Notes: generated by a model not told the origin, from the sequence alone. A stretch of 63,968 nucleotides of DNA, filler included, from Choristocarpus tenellus KU-1152 (GCA_964200185.2; 7 parts of 7 records of this genome joined end to end with filler, not necessarily neighbours in it), one strand, 5' to 3'; shown: positions 51,401 to 63,000, counted from the first letter of the whole stretch. Numbers and translations are program-made.

Positions 51401-54089
51401 CCCGTTCCTCAGAGAGCTCAAGGCTTGTGTCAGTCTATTTGCTGATGGTGCTAGTATTTTTTTACTTTTTTTCTTGGGTTTCCAATGCTTAAGAGGCTAC
51501 TCTTTTCTTGAGTAATAAATATTCTAGCTGGGACAATTGATATAATATTCCTTCTCTTTATTTGAGGCATCTAGTCCTTACCCAGTGCTTGGTTAGCCTT
51601 TGTAATCTTTTCATCATTGGCGCTATCATATCCTGCTGCTGCTAAGAGGATGGCATACACCATTTATATGTGGATGTGGACCTACTCTATTTCTTGAGGT
51701 CCCATTCCCATTTATTTGTTTCTGTGTGCCTTTAACATTCTGTAGCTTCCAAGTCAGAATTACTCATTGCCTCTGGAAGAGGCTCAACATTGCTTACTCC
51801 TTTCTTGACTATTGCTTCCTGCTGTGGCCTAACAATGTACCCACTGAACCCAGTATAAATTGAGCAGTATCTAGCCCCTGTTGATGATGGCAGTGCACTC
51901 ACAGATGTACCAATGTATGGGAAGAGAAAAATTTGTCCCTCACATTGTCTCACAACTTGTTTATGAAGGATAGATCTGCTTTGCAGTCTTTGTCCCCTTG
52001 GCAGTTAGTAGACCACTCTACTGCCTAGAAGCCGATGTTCAGTCATTCATTGACTGGTTTTCACAAAACACATATTACCATACTGTTCAACTTGTCTGTG
52101 TCTACCATTTCCTCATTGATTATGACAGGATTGCCATTCACATCCATCCTGGCAACTTGATCATTGTTATTATTATTTCTTATTTTTTTATTATTAGTAA
52201 TCTTATTATACCATCTTCACTTTAGATTGGGCACTATCCCAACCCATGGTCAGAGGTACTACACACTGCACTACCTCTCACACTAAATTTACTCTGAGTG
52301 TTGCACTATGACTAATGGTGATGTCTCCATTCCTTGCTTCTTGTGTGTTGGGTTCAGCCATCCCACAGCTCATTGCTCAGCCTTCTGCCTCAAATCTTTA
52401 ACTGGACCCACCTAAGTGCTGTTCCACAATTAAGCCTTACAATTTTCTTCTTGGTCAGGTGTTTTTATGGTATATACAACAGATAGGAGGATAGTACAGG
52501 TGTACAATCTATAGTGCTTGTCACATGGACTAGGTAATTGAAACCAAATTTCCCTGAAAAGAAGTACGGTGAAAGTGAGGTTAGAACGTACAAATTCATA
52601 CAGGGAACTGCTTCCATAACCACTCAACCACAAGAACACTCATGACATAGATTGTTAGGGTCTGTGCCAAAAGCATTCCCCCAAAACATTGTAGAGTTAG
52701 TTGCCTGGAGATTTCATCTCCAACCATCTAACATTTCCTTGAGTTATCTCAAGTGTGCTGAGGTCATTCATATTGAAATGAGACTTCAACTTGAAATTAA
52801 TGAAATAAAGCCTCTTGGGAAATGTCTAGACCTGTGGGAATCACCTGCCAGAGATGATATCTATGGTTGATGTTTCGTCAAAATATAAAATGTCTCCCCC
52901 AGAGTGGATGACTTGCACCCCATTCCTCATTCAATTCTTGAAAATCTGAAAACAGGTCCTTGCCAGAAAGGTAAGATCTTCCCCTATGGCGCAACCCTCT
53001 TGAAATGAACTGATTTTCATAATAGTCTCGCCAATATATGGATAGGCCAAAAAATCAATATTGTGAATCCCCTTATCTTGATGATATCAACTGGAAATTC
53101 AAGAGGTGTATCCCCCACCTCTTGGTTTTTAGTCCTTGAGATGATAGGATTGATAGGATTGATAGTGATCTTGGAAACACTTCTACTTGGCAAAGTTTGT
53201 CCTCTGTTGCACTCCTGTGAGCTTCAGAACAATTATCGGTGTTGCAATCATTTGTTTCAAAATATTTTGACCATAGACCTCAACAGGATGAATTGATACA
53301 TAACCCATCTCCATGTGTTTGTATTTCCATCAGCTGGAAGGCTTGTCCACTGATGCGAGTCTGAAGATGGGGGACGAACTTCAACAGGCAGTCGCTGGTA
53401 AAATGCCAATACAGTGGAATTTTTTTGACAAGGCCCTAGTAGAGGTGTGTAAAACGTTTCATAATTCGTGATCGCCCAAGAGAATTATCATTGAGGTTGT
53501 AAACCTGATCGAATTTACCTAGAAACTTGTCACAAGTGAGTAAATTGATGAAAAGTTGTCCTGCACTTGAACATGTTGTGCCGCCAGCATGACCTTGATT
53601 AACTATTGGTCATTATTTCCTGTCTTTGTGCAATAATCAATAATCAATAATCAATAATCAATGCGAAACTTTTAAATTTGAATCCTCTTGTACCATGCGC
53701 TTGTCAAGGTTTTGGGACATCTGGAGAAGGAATGTTTTGTTCGTTTTAAGGAAAACTCGCTTGAATTTCTTAACAAGACAAACCAATTGTTTGATATGGT
53801 GGATGCAGATGGAAGGTGAGAAAAAAACCATGCCAAATTATATGAGGATAATTCAATAAATAAGTGCAACCTTTTTTCCTTGACAGTTAACCATTTATGG
53901 ACTTCCATTTGCTTCCTTCCCTTGCCAACCTGTGTGTGTGTATACTGATTTGCCGATCCTTCTTTTCACAGTGGAGCGATTGTGCTGGAGGAATATATGG
54001 CATGGGCAAAAGAAAATCAGGACTGTATTGAGGGGATGTTTGACTTTCCACACACATCAGAGACAAGAGTTCAACCGTTTGACCGATAG
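48412..54089 (+). CDS. EF-hand (NCS/calcineurin-B-like) protein with inserted RGS domain, 349 aa; exons 48412-48705, 49289-49384, 50495-50664, 50953-51106, 53334-53444, 53709-53815, 53972-54089
   Basis: Seven phase-consistent GT-AG exons sum to 1050 nt. EF loops DVDGSGDISRAE and DADGSGAIVLEE. Between them: FRNNLDTARGREHFLKLCKHE..AVKRFK..EALNIFETYFKDGAHKQ..FFDKALVEVLGHLEKECFVRFKEN, which follows the RGS helix pattern. Confidence 0.85.
51700..53250 (+). mobile_element. Gypsy-like LTR retrotransposon relic in intron 4 of the EF-hand/RGS gene
   Basis: Zinc knuckle CFLCVGFSHPTAHC (CX2CX4HX4C) at 52335-52376; RT motif PRVDDL at 52898. Boundaries approximate. Confidence 0.6.
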
Positions 54090-54759
54090 TGTGAAAGTGC
54101 ATGCATCGTTTGTGGGGGATGGTGAAAGCAACCCAGAAAAAGTTCAGAACAAGGCAGGGGACAAACTTGCCATGCTCTTTTAATTAACACTCTACATGCA
54201 TTCTTCAAAGTGGAAGGAAATAAGAGTGTTAATGACGTTAATGACATTTATGAACAAGCCTTCACAGCCTGGCATCACCCAGCTCGAGTACATTAGATAT
54301 CCATAGTTCAGATATGAATGTAAGTGTGTCAGATTGGCAAGACGTTTCTGGCAGGGTAGGCGGTTCCTTCAACAGTGTTGTGTGTCTGTGTTTACTTCTG
54401 AGCGACATTTTGAGACTAGAGAAACATTTTGACATGTGTCAGTACATACGTACTGCAGATGTGCATACATACATAATACAGACTACCTTTTTCAAGCCAG
54501 CAAGCCAGCAATTAACAGAATTGATATGGGAGCAATGTATGTGTACATGCTGGTTTCATTCTTGTGTTCCAAATTCCACCCTAATTGAAGGGAGGATTTT
54601 GTTGAGGCTGCACAATAGGGTTGGGAATGTGGATATGAGTGGGAGGGCGGAGGTCAGCAAAAAAATGCAGGTTCAACTAGTGCAAATCACAAGTTTCTGC
54701 TCACCCATGCGAGGGAGCAGAGTGGGAATCAGAACTATGCCAGTTTTGTCCATTACAAA

Positions 54760-54890
54760 ATGAGGTACAAGAGCCCTGTGGGTAGCTTAAAAGGATTGGT
54801 CCTTGTAGTGTGCCCTGCACATTACATATGTGGACCACAGAAAGCTGATCCCCTGACCAAAGGCCTCCTGCTCACTCACAACTGACACCT
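54760..54890 (+). mobile_element. Copia RT/RNase H relic
   Basis: YKSPVGSL (YRSxVGSL-like) followed by QKADPLTKGL (QxADxxTKxL-like). Confidence 0.55.
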
Positions 54891-55618
54891 TGATAACAAG
54901 CAGGGAGACCATTCACTAGGGCATGCACTTGTCAAGAAAGAGCCTTGATCGGGTCCTGTTCACCTAGAATACTGGGTGCAATTCGCGTAGAGGAGATTAT
55001 GATGCTCTGTTCCACAACCACTTAAGTTCAGTGTACTGTACTGTAATTAAGTAATTTAAAGCGATGAACATCTCATAAAACCAGTATGTACAATAAAATG
55101 GAAGTATCCAACTATCATTGTATCTTGATTCTAGGGTTAAATTATTCTCCGCTTTCAGGGGGGCTCAGTGGAGGGTGTCAAATTGACATATGCTGACAAA
55201 ATATTCTTTGAGGTTCTCTGCAACACTTAGGGACCTTGAGATTTTATTCTTCACCCTCACCATAAATACTGTCAGCTGATGCCGAAAGGTCCCTGATGAC
55301 TAACTGTTCTCAGACAACAAAAAGAGTTCTGTAACACACATGAAAAAAAAGGTTGAAATCAGGAGGGTTATGCTGTCTGCTCACAGTTTCACACATCATC
55401 TGTTGAAGAGACTAATGATGGTTGTCAGGTCTTGCATGTGTGCTTGTGTCAAACACATGCACAATCCATGATGTGTAGCCAATTAACTGAATCTTGGACC
55501 AATTCTTACCAGTTGCATCTGATCACACACTACCAGCCCTTGTTGTAGTGCATACCATACCATACCGTGTTTTTTCCAAAAATTGTTTTAGCGTGCCGTA
55601 TTATATAGTTGTTAAAAA

Positions 55619-55773
55619 TAGTTCAATTGATATAAATCATTCTGGGATAGCCTTAATGGAAATTTTATTTGAACCAGATATAAGATCTCCTTATGAGGCT
55701 GGAGAATATGTGCAAAAGTTGCATAGCTTGTTATATAAGTTATATTAGATCTTGTGAGGGTAATATGGATCAG
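55619..55773 (+). pseudogene. gatB: Bacterial-type gatB fragment (short copy)
   Basis: [38 protein letters not shown], then frameshifted [11 protein letters not shown]. Confidence 0.85.
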
Positions 55774-56775
55774 CAATCTTCTGCTTATCATTTTAGTTAC
55801 AGGTCTGGTATGGTGCCTAGATCTGTTACAATTCAGCAACTTGATTAGGGGGGGTTGAAGACACACGTCATGATCTCTCTAATGACATACATCAGTGCAG
55901 ACACGTATCAGTGCAAGCAAGTACGTTAATAGATGAGATGTCTGTACAGTATTTTTATGGTAAATCCAATGGTTGCAAAGTCTTCCTCATCAACCTTCAT
56001 TGATGGCCTCCAATTCCATTTACCTATTTACTATAAGATCTTCCCCAAAAGTGTTAAATTTCCTTTGGGATCGCACATGATTGCTATTCTGGGCCATAAA
56101 CGTCATTTATGGCACCATCTCCATTGACATTGCTTCTACAGGAATGTTGGTGGCGTAACATCCCCAATAGTTGGTGACCTCTTGCACACTCTTTCTCCTT
56201 ACCTAACACGAAAAGGTGCCTGTTGACTCAATGCAATAAAGACCAAAGTTGCAAGTTGCGATGTTGTCACGATTTCCAGAAAAATCATTGGCTCTTTGAG
56301 TCGTGTCTTAATGAGTTTTTTTTGTGAGTTATAGACGCGAGGGACTTTTTAGAAATTGAAGGGGAAAAAAAAACGTGGTAAAGCCAATTAGTATTCCACG
56401 GTTCGTTCCTACACCAATAACAGTCACTAATTCCATAAAATATTTATTTGTCCTTCCAATTTCTCGTCTTCTTTCACATAGATATATTTCACAATAGATA
56501 CCTTACATAGAAACCAGGAGAGATCGTAAGACACAACGGTCTTTGGTGAAGGACAGATTGGAATCCTCAAGATTGCAAGTGCTAGTCCGCAGTGCGGGTA
56601 ACTGGCACACAGTTGATATTTCCACATCATGGATGACCTTACCCTACATGCATGTATCAAATCATTTTTTCCCTACGCGTTCCTTGAACAAATGACCATA
56701 TTACTGAAATGATATGTTAACCATTACAATAAGAATGTTTTTACCAAGGGCTGTTAAAAATTCATTGATGGAGCG

Positions 56776-57888
56776 CTGACCAATCTCAACATCAAACAAT
56801 CTTGCCTGATCAACTGCACCACTGCTTTCAATAAGTTCAACTTGTCTTATCACTTCATATTCAATGACTTAATATTTTTTATAGAATTTAAATTCTTGAT
56901 CTCACATCTAGTATCAACATTATCACCAGGGCGTCTAATCGAAACATTAACGTCACAACGCATCATCGATCCCTGATCCATATTCTAACGTAACAAGCTA
57001 CGCAACTTTTTTACGTATTGTCCAGCCTCATAAGGAGATCTTGTATCTGGTTCAGATAAAATTTCCATTAAGGCAATCCCAGAACGATTTAAATCAATTA
57101 AGCTATATACTCATGGTTGATCATGAATACTTCTACCATCTTGTTCTAAATGAACGACTAATTCTTATATTTTTTTCTGTTCATCTTCAGTTTGAATATT
57201 TAAATAACTATTCTGTGCAATTGGTATATAAAATTGTGAAATTTGGTAAGCTCGAGGTTGTGCAAAAAGAGCTGTTCGAAGAGAGTTTTTGCTTTATGTG
57301 GTATGAATGAATTTATTAGCAGAGTGAGCAACATCCCTCGAGGTGGGCACCATCCCTCGAGGTGCGCACCATCCCTCGAGGTAGGGGGGTGCTCTGCCTT
57401 GTTATCTATTGCGCACGTCAGCAGACAAGTCAGAACATGTCTGTTTCAGTAGCACTACGTCACTCGTTCTGCACCACTGGTACTATGTCAGTCATCCTAC
57501 CTACTACATCAGCATCTTACATTAAGCAGCAATAACAAATTAACCTGTCGAGATTCGAACATATTACTCTAAGCGTACGGAAACAAGTGATTGACAATTA
57601 ATCCACTCAGTCAACATTTATGTTACGTAATACTGGTTACCAAACACAGAAGAACCTATAGACTACCAGCCTATATTGCACAGAGATATATCAGAAAAAA
57701 AACAATTCTTACAAAGATAGATAACTTACTCATTTCTACATTAAGTATCGATAAATCCTAGGCACCGCAGCGTCGATCAATGAAAATTTTATATTAGGTG
57801 TTGCACTGAATTCAGACGCAGTAGTTTTCTGAAGTGAATCCCAGTTTAGTATTGATATTATTATTTACCTGTTAAGCCGACTTGCATT
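56776..57888 (-). pseudogene. gatB: Rickettsiaceae-like gatB pseudogene (N-terminal half), interrupted by a solo LTR
   Basis: Ordered motifs: GLTGK**Y..IH, SEFSATPNIKFSLIDAAVP, KNCFFSDI[LTR][90 protein letters not shown]-rich, intronless, with stops and frameshifts. Confidence 0.9.
57259..57682 (-). mobile_element. Copia solo LTR (424 bp)
   Basis: TGTGCAA...TTGCACA ends; flanks GAGGT/GAGAT (4/5 TSD); reverse complement of the LTR at 58235-58607. Confidence 0.9.
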
Positions 57889-58234
57889 TGTGCAATATAG
57901 GCTGGTAGTTTGTAGGTTCTTATCTGTTTGGTAACCAGTATTATGTAACAGAAATGTTGACCGAGTGGATTAATTGTCAATCACTTGTTTCCGTACGCTT
58001 AGATCAATAGGTTGGAATCTTGATGGGGTGATTTCTTACTGCTGCGTGACTGCGTTGCTGTAAGTGGCTGACGCAGGACGACTGACGCAGCTACGACTGA
58101 CACAAAACGACTGACATAGTACCAGTTACGCAGAACGACTGACGTAGTGCGACTGACACAGACACGTTCTGACGTGTCTGCTGACGTGCGCAATAGATAA
58201 CGAGGCAGAGCACCCCCCCACCATCGAGGGATAG
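57889..58234 (+). mobile_element. 3'-truncated LTR of the same copia family
   Basis: Starts TGTGCAATATAGGCTGG; colinear with the next LTR up to CGAGGGATAG. Confidence 0.88.
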
Positions 58235-59172
58235 TGTGCAATATAGGCTGGTAGTCTATAGGTTCTTATATGTTTGGTAACCAGTATTATGTAATAGAAA
58301 TATTGACAGTGGACCAATTGTCAGTCACTTGATTCCGTATGCTTAGAGTAATAGGTTCGAATCTCGATAGGTTGATTTGATATTGCTGCTTACTGTAAGT
58401 GGCTGACGTAGGCCGACTGAGGTAGTGCTAGTAACACAGAACGAGTGACGTAGTGCGACTGACACAGACACGTTCTGACGTGTCTGCTTACGTGCGTAAG
58501 AGATATCGAGGCAGAGCAACCCCCACCTCGAGGGATAGTGCTCACTCCGCGAATAAATTAATTCATACCACATAAAACAAAAATTCTATTTGAACAGCTC
58601 TTGCGCAGGTTATGAGCCTCACAAGTATGGAAGCGGACGTACGTAAGCTGCCACTATGGAGTGGTGCGCGTGGGCATACAAGGGAGAAGTGGGCAGAATG
58701 GCGGATGGCGCTGGTGAGCTATGCGGGCGGCAAGGGATTATATGTACCGCATCCTCCAACCAGCATACCACATCCCCGCACCTCCTATGGCTGATACATT
58801 GTTTGGGGAACGCAGCGCGTACGAGGAGTACGTCAAGCATCGCTAGTCTTATGGTTCCTGCTGGGCAAAGCCACGAGGGGGGCTGCAGCGATAGTGGTCA
58901 GCACCCACGAGAATAACGGCAGCCCCGACGGGAGGGCAGCCTGGCTCGAGTTGGAGCAGATCTATGGAGGAATGCTGTGGTCCAGCGGCCCATGCAGCTC
59001 ATAGCTCTCGAGATGAAGCTGAGCGACATGTGCTGCTCGTCAGTGGAGGACGCTGCCGACTTCGTCATCTGTCTCGATACGTCTGGACAGAGTACGAGCA
59101 GCTGGAGGCGACCAAGGAGTACCACACCAAGAAGGGGGGGGGGCTCTGATCATCGCCATCAGGAACAGCATG
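58235..59172 (+). mobile_element. Ty1/copia element 5' end: LTR 58235-58607, PBS 58608-58618, frameshifted gag from 58612/58627 to the gap
   Basis: TG..CA LTR directly followed by GGTTATGAGCC (copia-type half-tRNAiMet PBS). Gag-like LPLWSG..KWAEWRMALVSYAGGKGL and AAWLELEQIYG. Confidence 0.85.
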
Positions 59173-59272
59173 NNNNNNNNNNNNNNNNNNNNNNNNNNNN
59201 NNNNNNNNNNNNNNNNTTAATTAATTAANNNNNNNNNNNNNNNNNNNNNNNNNNNNNNNNNNNNNNNNNNNN
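59173..59272. other. Artificial contig spacer
   Basis: Same linker. Confidence 0.97.
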
Positions 59273-59391
59273 GACAGCCGCCCCCCCCTCCCAGATACTT
59301 TGAGCCATCTACAATATACAAGTCGTTACAGCTAGATGGAAAGGCAGTTGGGTATCTGTAGGTTTGGTATGTGTGATAGGGCAAGAGAATG

Positions 59392-59393
<2 letters not shown>

Positions 59394-59443
<50 letters not shown>

Positions 59444-59488
59444 TACACACACACACACACACCAACACACCAACACACCAACACACCA
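59394..59488 (+). repeat. Compound microsatellite (CT)n(CA)n(ACCAACAC)3
   Basis: Direct reading. Confidence 0.95.
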
Positions 59489-60099
59489 GCAAGCTACTAC
59501 TGATCGGGAAAGGTACTGAACTTGACAAGGATAGTCTTTCCTGGGTGTACCATGGTCTTCTCCGCAGTCTCTGCGTTTCTCCAGAGCGGCATATATACAT
59601 GTAACTGGTTCTTGGTCTTGGTCGTTTTGCGTGTCTCTACCACGATGTAGGTCCCTCACAGTGGACTCCGCCACTGCTTCAGGGGCCTCAGACAATTCAT
59701 TGTCATAGCAAGGGGCAAAGAAGATGTGGATCGTGTTGATTCCAACGTTCCTGGCGGTCCCTCCAAACCTACTGCACCTGTCAACTGTTCTTGAACTGGG
59801 TATCGCATCCATCATTGCAAATGTGGAACACCATCGATAACTGTCTGTGATGGTCCTATTCGCTTATGAGATTCAAAGGTGTGCTGAACAAACTGGTTGT
59901 CCTGTGTGGTGTCGCTGCTGAGAACCACGAAGCTATGCAACCATGCACTGAATCCACCTCCTGTTGTGGTTATCCCAGTAGGAAATATGTTAAGTTCGAT
60001 CAAGTAGGTGGTCCCTCAATGACGCAGAGATAGAGAGAGAGAGAGAGAGAGAGAAAGAAGCGTCAAATAAGTAAAGAGCTGGTACAGTGGCCTACTGCC

Positions 60100-63000
60100 T
60101 TTACTCTAAGAGGATTGTAGCTGAGAGAGGTCGCATAATCTCTCCACGATTAAAAATAGTGAACCTAGACCACACCCGTTTGTCAGTAACGTGTTTGGTT
60201 TCCTGACACAGTACCTCAGGCAAAATTCCCACCCCAAGGGGAACTAATGCTTTCTGAGTAAAAAAAGGTTCAGTGGGGTAAAAGTTCAAGATAACCCCCC
60301 AGGGAAACAAATACTCTATATAATTTTTGCTGAGCGGGAAAAAGTAAGTAGCGAGGTGAAGGTTCAGGAGATAGGAAAGGGTTGAAGATTCAAGTGAAGG
60401 AAGGAAGAATAGGTGGTAAGTGCAGCTGAAGAGGAGAGAGGTTAGTACCCAGTGGGAAAAGGAATAGGGGATATTAAGAGAGGAACAGTCCTGGTGTCAA
60501 GTCAATGCCTATCTACGTATTTTTCTTGGCTTGTCTATGGTCAAAAGAGGTACACCAAAATCCAAAACACAATTTGTTTTGTTGGGGGGAAGCTTGGCAG
60601 GTTGCTATTCTCCAAGGAGGGAATAACTGTGTAGTGAGTGTCTTCATTGGTCGGAGCGGCTTTACTAGGGGCTTCAGTAGTCAAACCATTCGACCCAGTC
60701 ATCTGTGGTCTCTCATTGGGTCAGCTGGAGGATAAATAATCTAGTTTCGAGAGAATCTACCCCTGATGTCTACGACATTGACAATTTCAACTCGATGTCA
60801 CAGGATGTAGGCGAGACAAAACCCAGATTATATTTCTGTTGATTTGTTATGGGTCTGATTGGTTGATACTGAGTTGTAGGGACAATATGCTGTGCCTTTT
60901 CAACCACTCTGTGGTTGCACACAGGTCAGCACCTATGGAATACCAGAGACTCCAAAAAGTAAACCAAGCACAGATGAATCTTATTATGCGCTCTCATTTC
61001 TTTGGCTGGCCAATGTGGGGCTGCCGTATGACTGCTCATATGGTCACTGTTCGGACATGGGTAAGAACATTCAGATTATGGATCCATACGAAATATATAT
61101 CATCTTCCTAGTAGGGGCCTGGGGTCAGAATAGAGAAGGTTGGTAATCCTCTCGTCTGTGTCTGTATGGTCAGTGATAGTTGTCTTCACTCTCCCATTCT
61201 TCATACCTGAGCTGGCACCTCCCCAATTAAATTGGTCATCCTTTCCCCCCACAGAAACAACCCGAACACCTATTCCCACCTAGGCTATATACTAAAAACA
61301 ACCTTTCCAAGTGATTTAGTTAGACTGCACAGCCTCCTCATGAATAAACCTCCCGTTCCCCCTTGTGGGTAAATGTTGGATTAAATAATAAAAGTCTCTT
61401 GACCATGCAAGGCACAACAACCTCACCCTGGATACATCATAGGAAATAGACCCCAGGAGTACAAATGGCAGTCCCAAATGTAGGTGCACTTCCATCACAA
61501 AAATGATGGGATGGGATATAATCTTGGACCCGTAAGTATCCATTATTTTACTCCAAATGAATCGGCCACAGACACAACACTGTATTTTTTGGCAACGCAC
61601 AGAATATGTTTGATACACCTGGTGAATTGGCAGTCAAAGCTTGGAATCGGTGGATCGTACACATCTACAAGAGTACAGAATCCCTATGAAAGCTGGGAAA
61701 GAAGTCCGTATCAGCCATAGTTTCCAGTCGCACCTGAGGCAAAAACGCTACCTTTACCTGATTTTGAACTCCTCACTTTGGGTATACCTGACTTATTCTA
61801 TTGCCCTAGAGCGGGCTGCACGCATTAATCCAAAGCAAGGAGCAGTTTATTGCTACACAATGTTAGAACTTCCAATCAACCCAATCTCACGCTCATCACC
61901 CCTTTTCAGAAGTCCCTGCCAATGGACTCATAGAGAGGTAGAGACGGTATACCCATCTATATAAGGACATAATGGACCAGACACTACAATTTTGAATATC
62001 CCAGTGTGGGCATATCCGCTCAAAGACCGTTGCAACCATGCAAAATATGTATCTAAGTCCTAACCCACCACACCACTCTAGAGCCACATCCTGGTGTGTT
62101 TCGCATAGCAAACTTCAACAGAAATATACCTACTCCTACATGTTGCTGCCTCTACCTGCCAGTCAGTGTCAACTACCCAATACAGTAGACCATGCTACTG
62201 CAATCTCCAACTGTTGACCGTATTGGCTCTGTGTTAATCCTGAGGAGACAATAACAGGCATGCACGGGATGGGAAACATCATGCACGATTCAAAAAGGGG
62301 GAAGCGGGCGTGCAAATGTGTTGGCAGAGAGATAAATAATGAGGAGAGTGGGGATGCGGAAAATGAAGTAGGTGCAGGAACAATGGATAGAGGAGTCAAG
62401 CACAAGGTGGATGTGGATAATGGAGATGAGACAATGATGGGAGAACCAGACTAGAGATCGAAAGTGGGCAAGTGACCTCTTGGAGCGAACCCTCGATCTT
62501 GGAGGCTGTCTACTGTGACACCTCCAGGAGAATGATCGCATGGGCAGACAAAATTTACGATGGGCTCAATAGATCTACATATGATGAGAGCTGTAATACT
62601 AGGTAGTACTACTAGCAGCTTTGGGTGGTAGGGTATGAACTTTACTATTTGTACCAATTGAAGAGCCCAAAGACCAAACTGATCCGAAAATTGGTTTGCC
62701 CTTTAACAACCCTTTGTCCTCAGTCTGAACACTACTATTGCCACTTATAAGAAATTTAATGCCTTAGCAAGCAAGAGCATGCATGAAATAAGCAATGGCT
62801 TGTATTGCCTTTGCCTTGAGAACTCAAAAGACTGAATTCAAGAAGTGCGGGGCATTCAATACCCTCTGGACGAAACTAGCCCACCATGTGCATTTCAAAA
62901 TTCAACTTTTCAAACCTCGCTGTCAACATCCAGCAGAAGGTCATGAGGAGAGACATCTCGCACAGGCCGGAAGGATCGCTGAGTGCTGACCTGCTCCACG

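Noticed and set aside
56776-57888. gatB as bacterial contamination or a functional gene
   Set aside because: It has stops and frameshifts, carries a host LTR with TSD, and shares a contig with a spliced gene.
57259-58607. The TGTGCAA-bounded repeat as a MITE or a real tRNA gene
   Set aside because: TG..CA ends, a 5-bp TSD, a PBS and a downstream gag identify an LTR; no convincing acceptor or anticodon stems.
59309-60003. 168-aa and 63-aa minus-strand ORFs as a gene
   Set aside because: One runs through microsatellites; no consistent splice model or motif was found.
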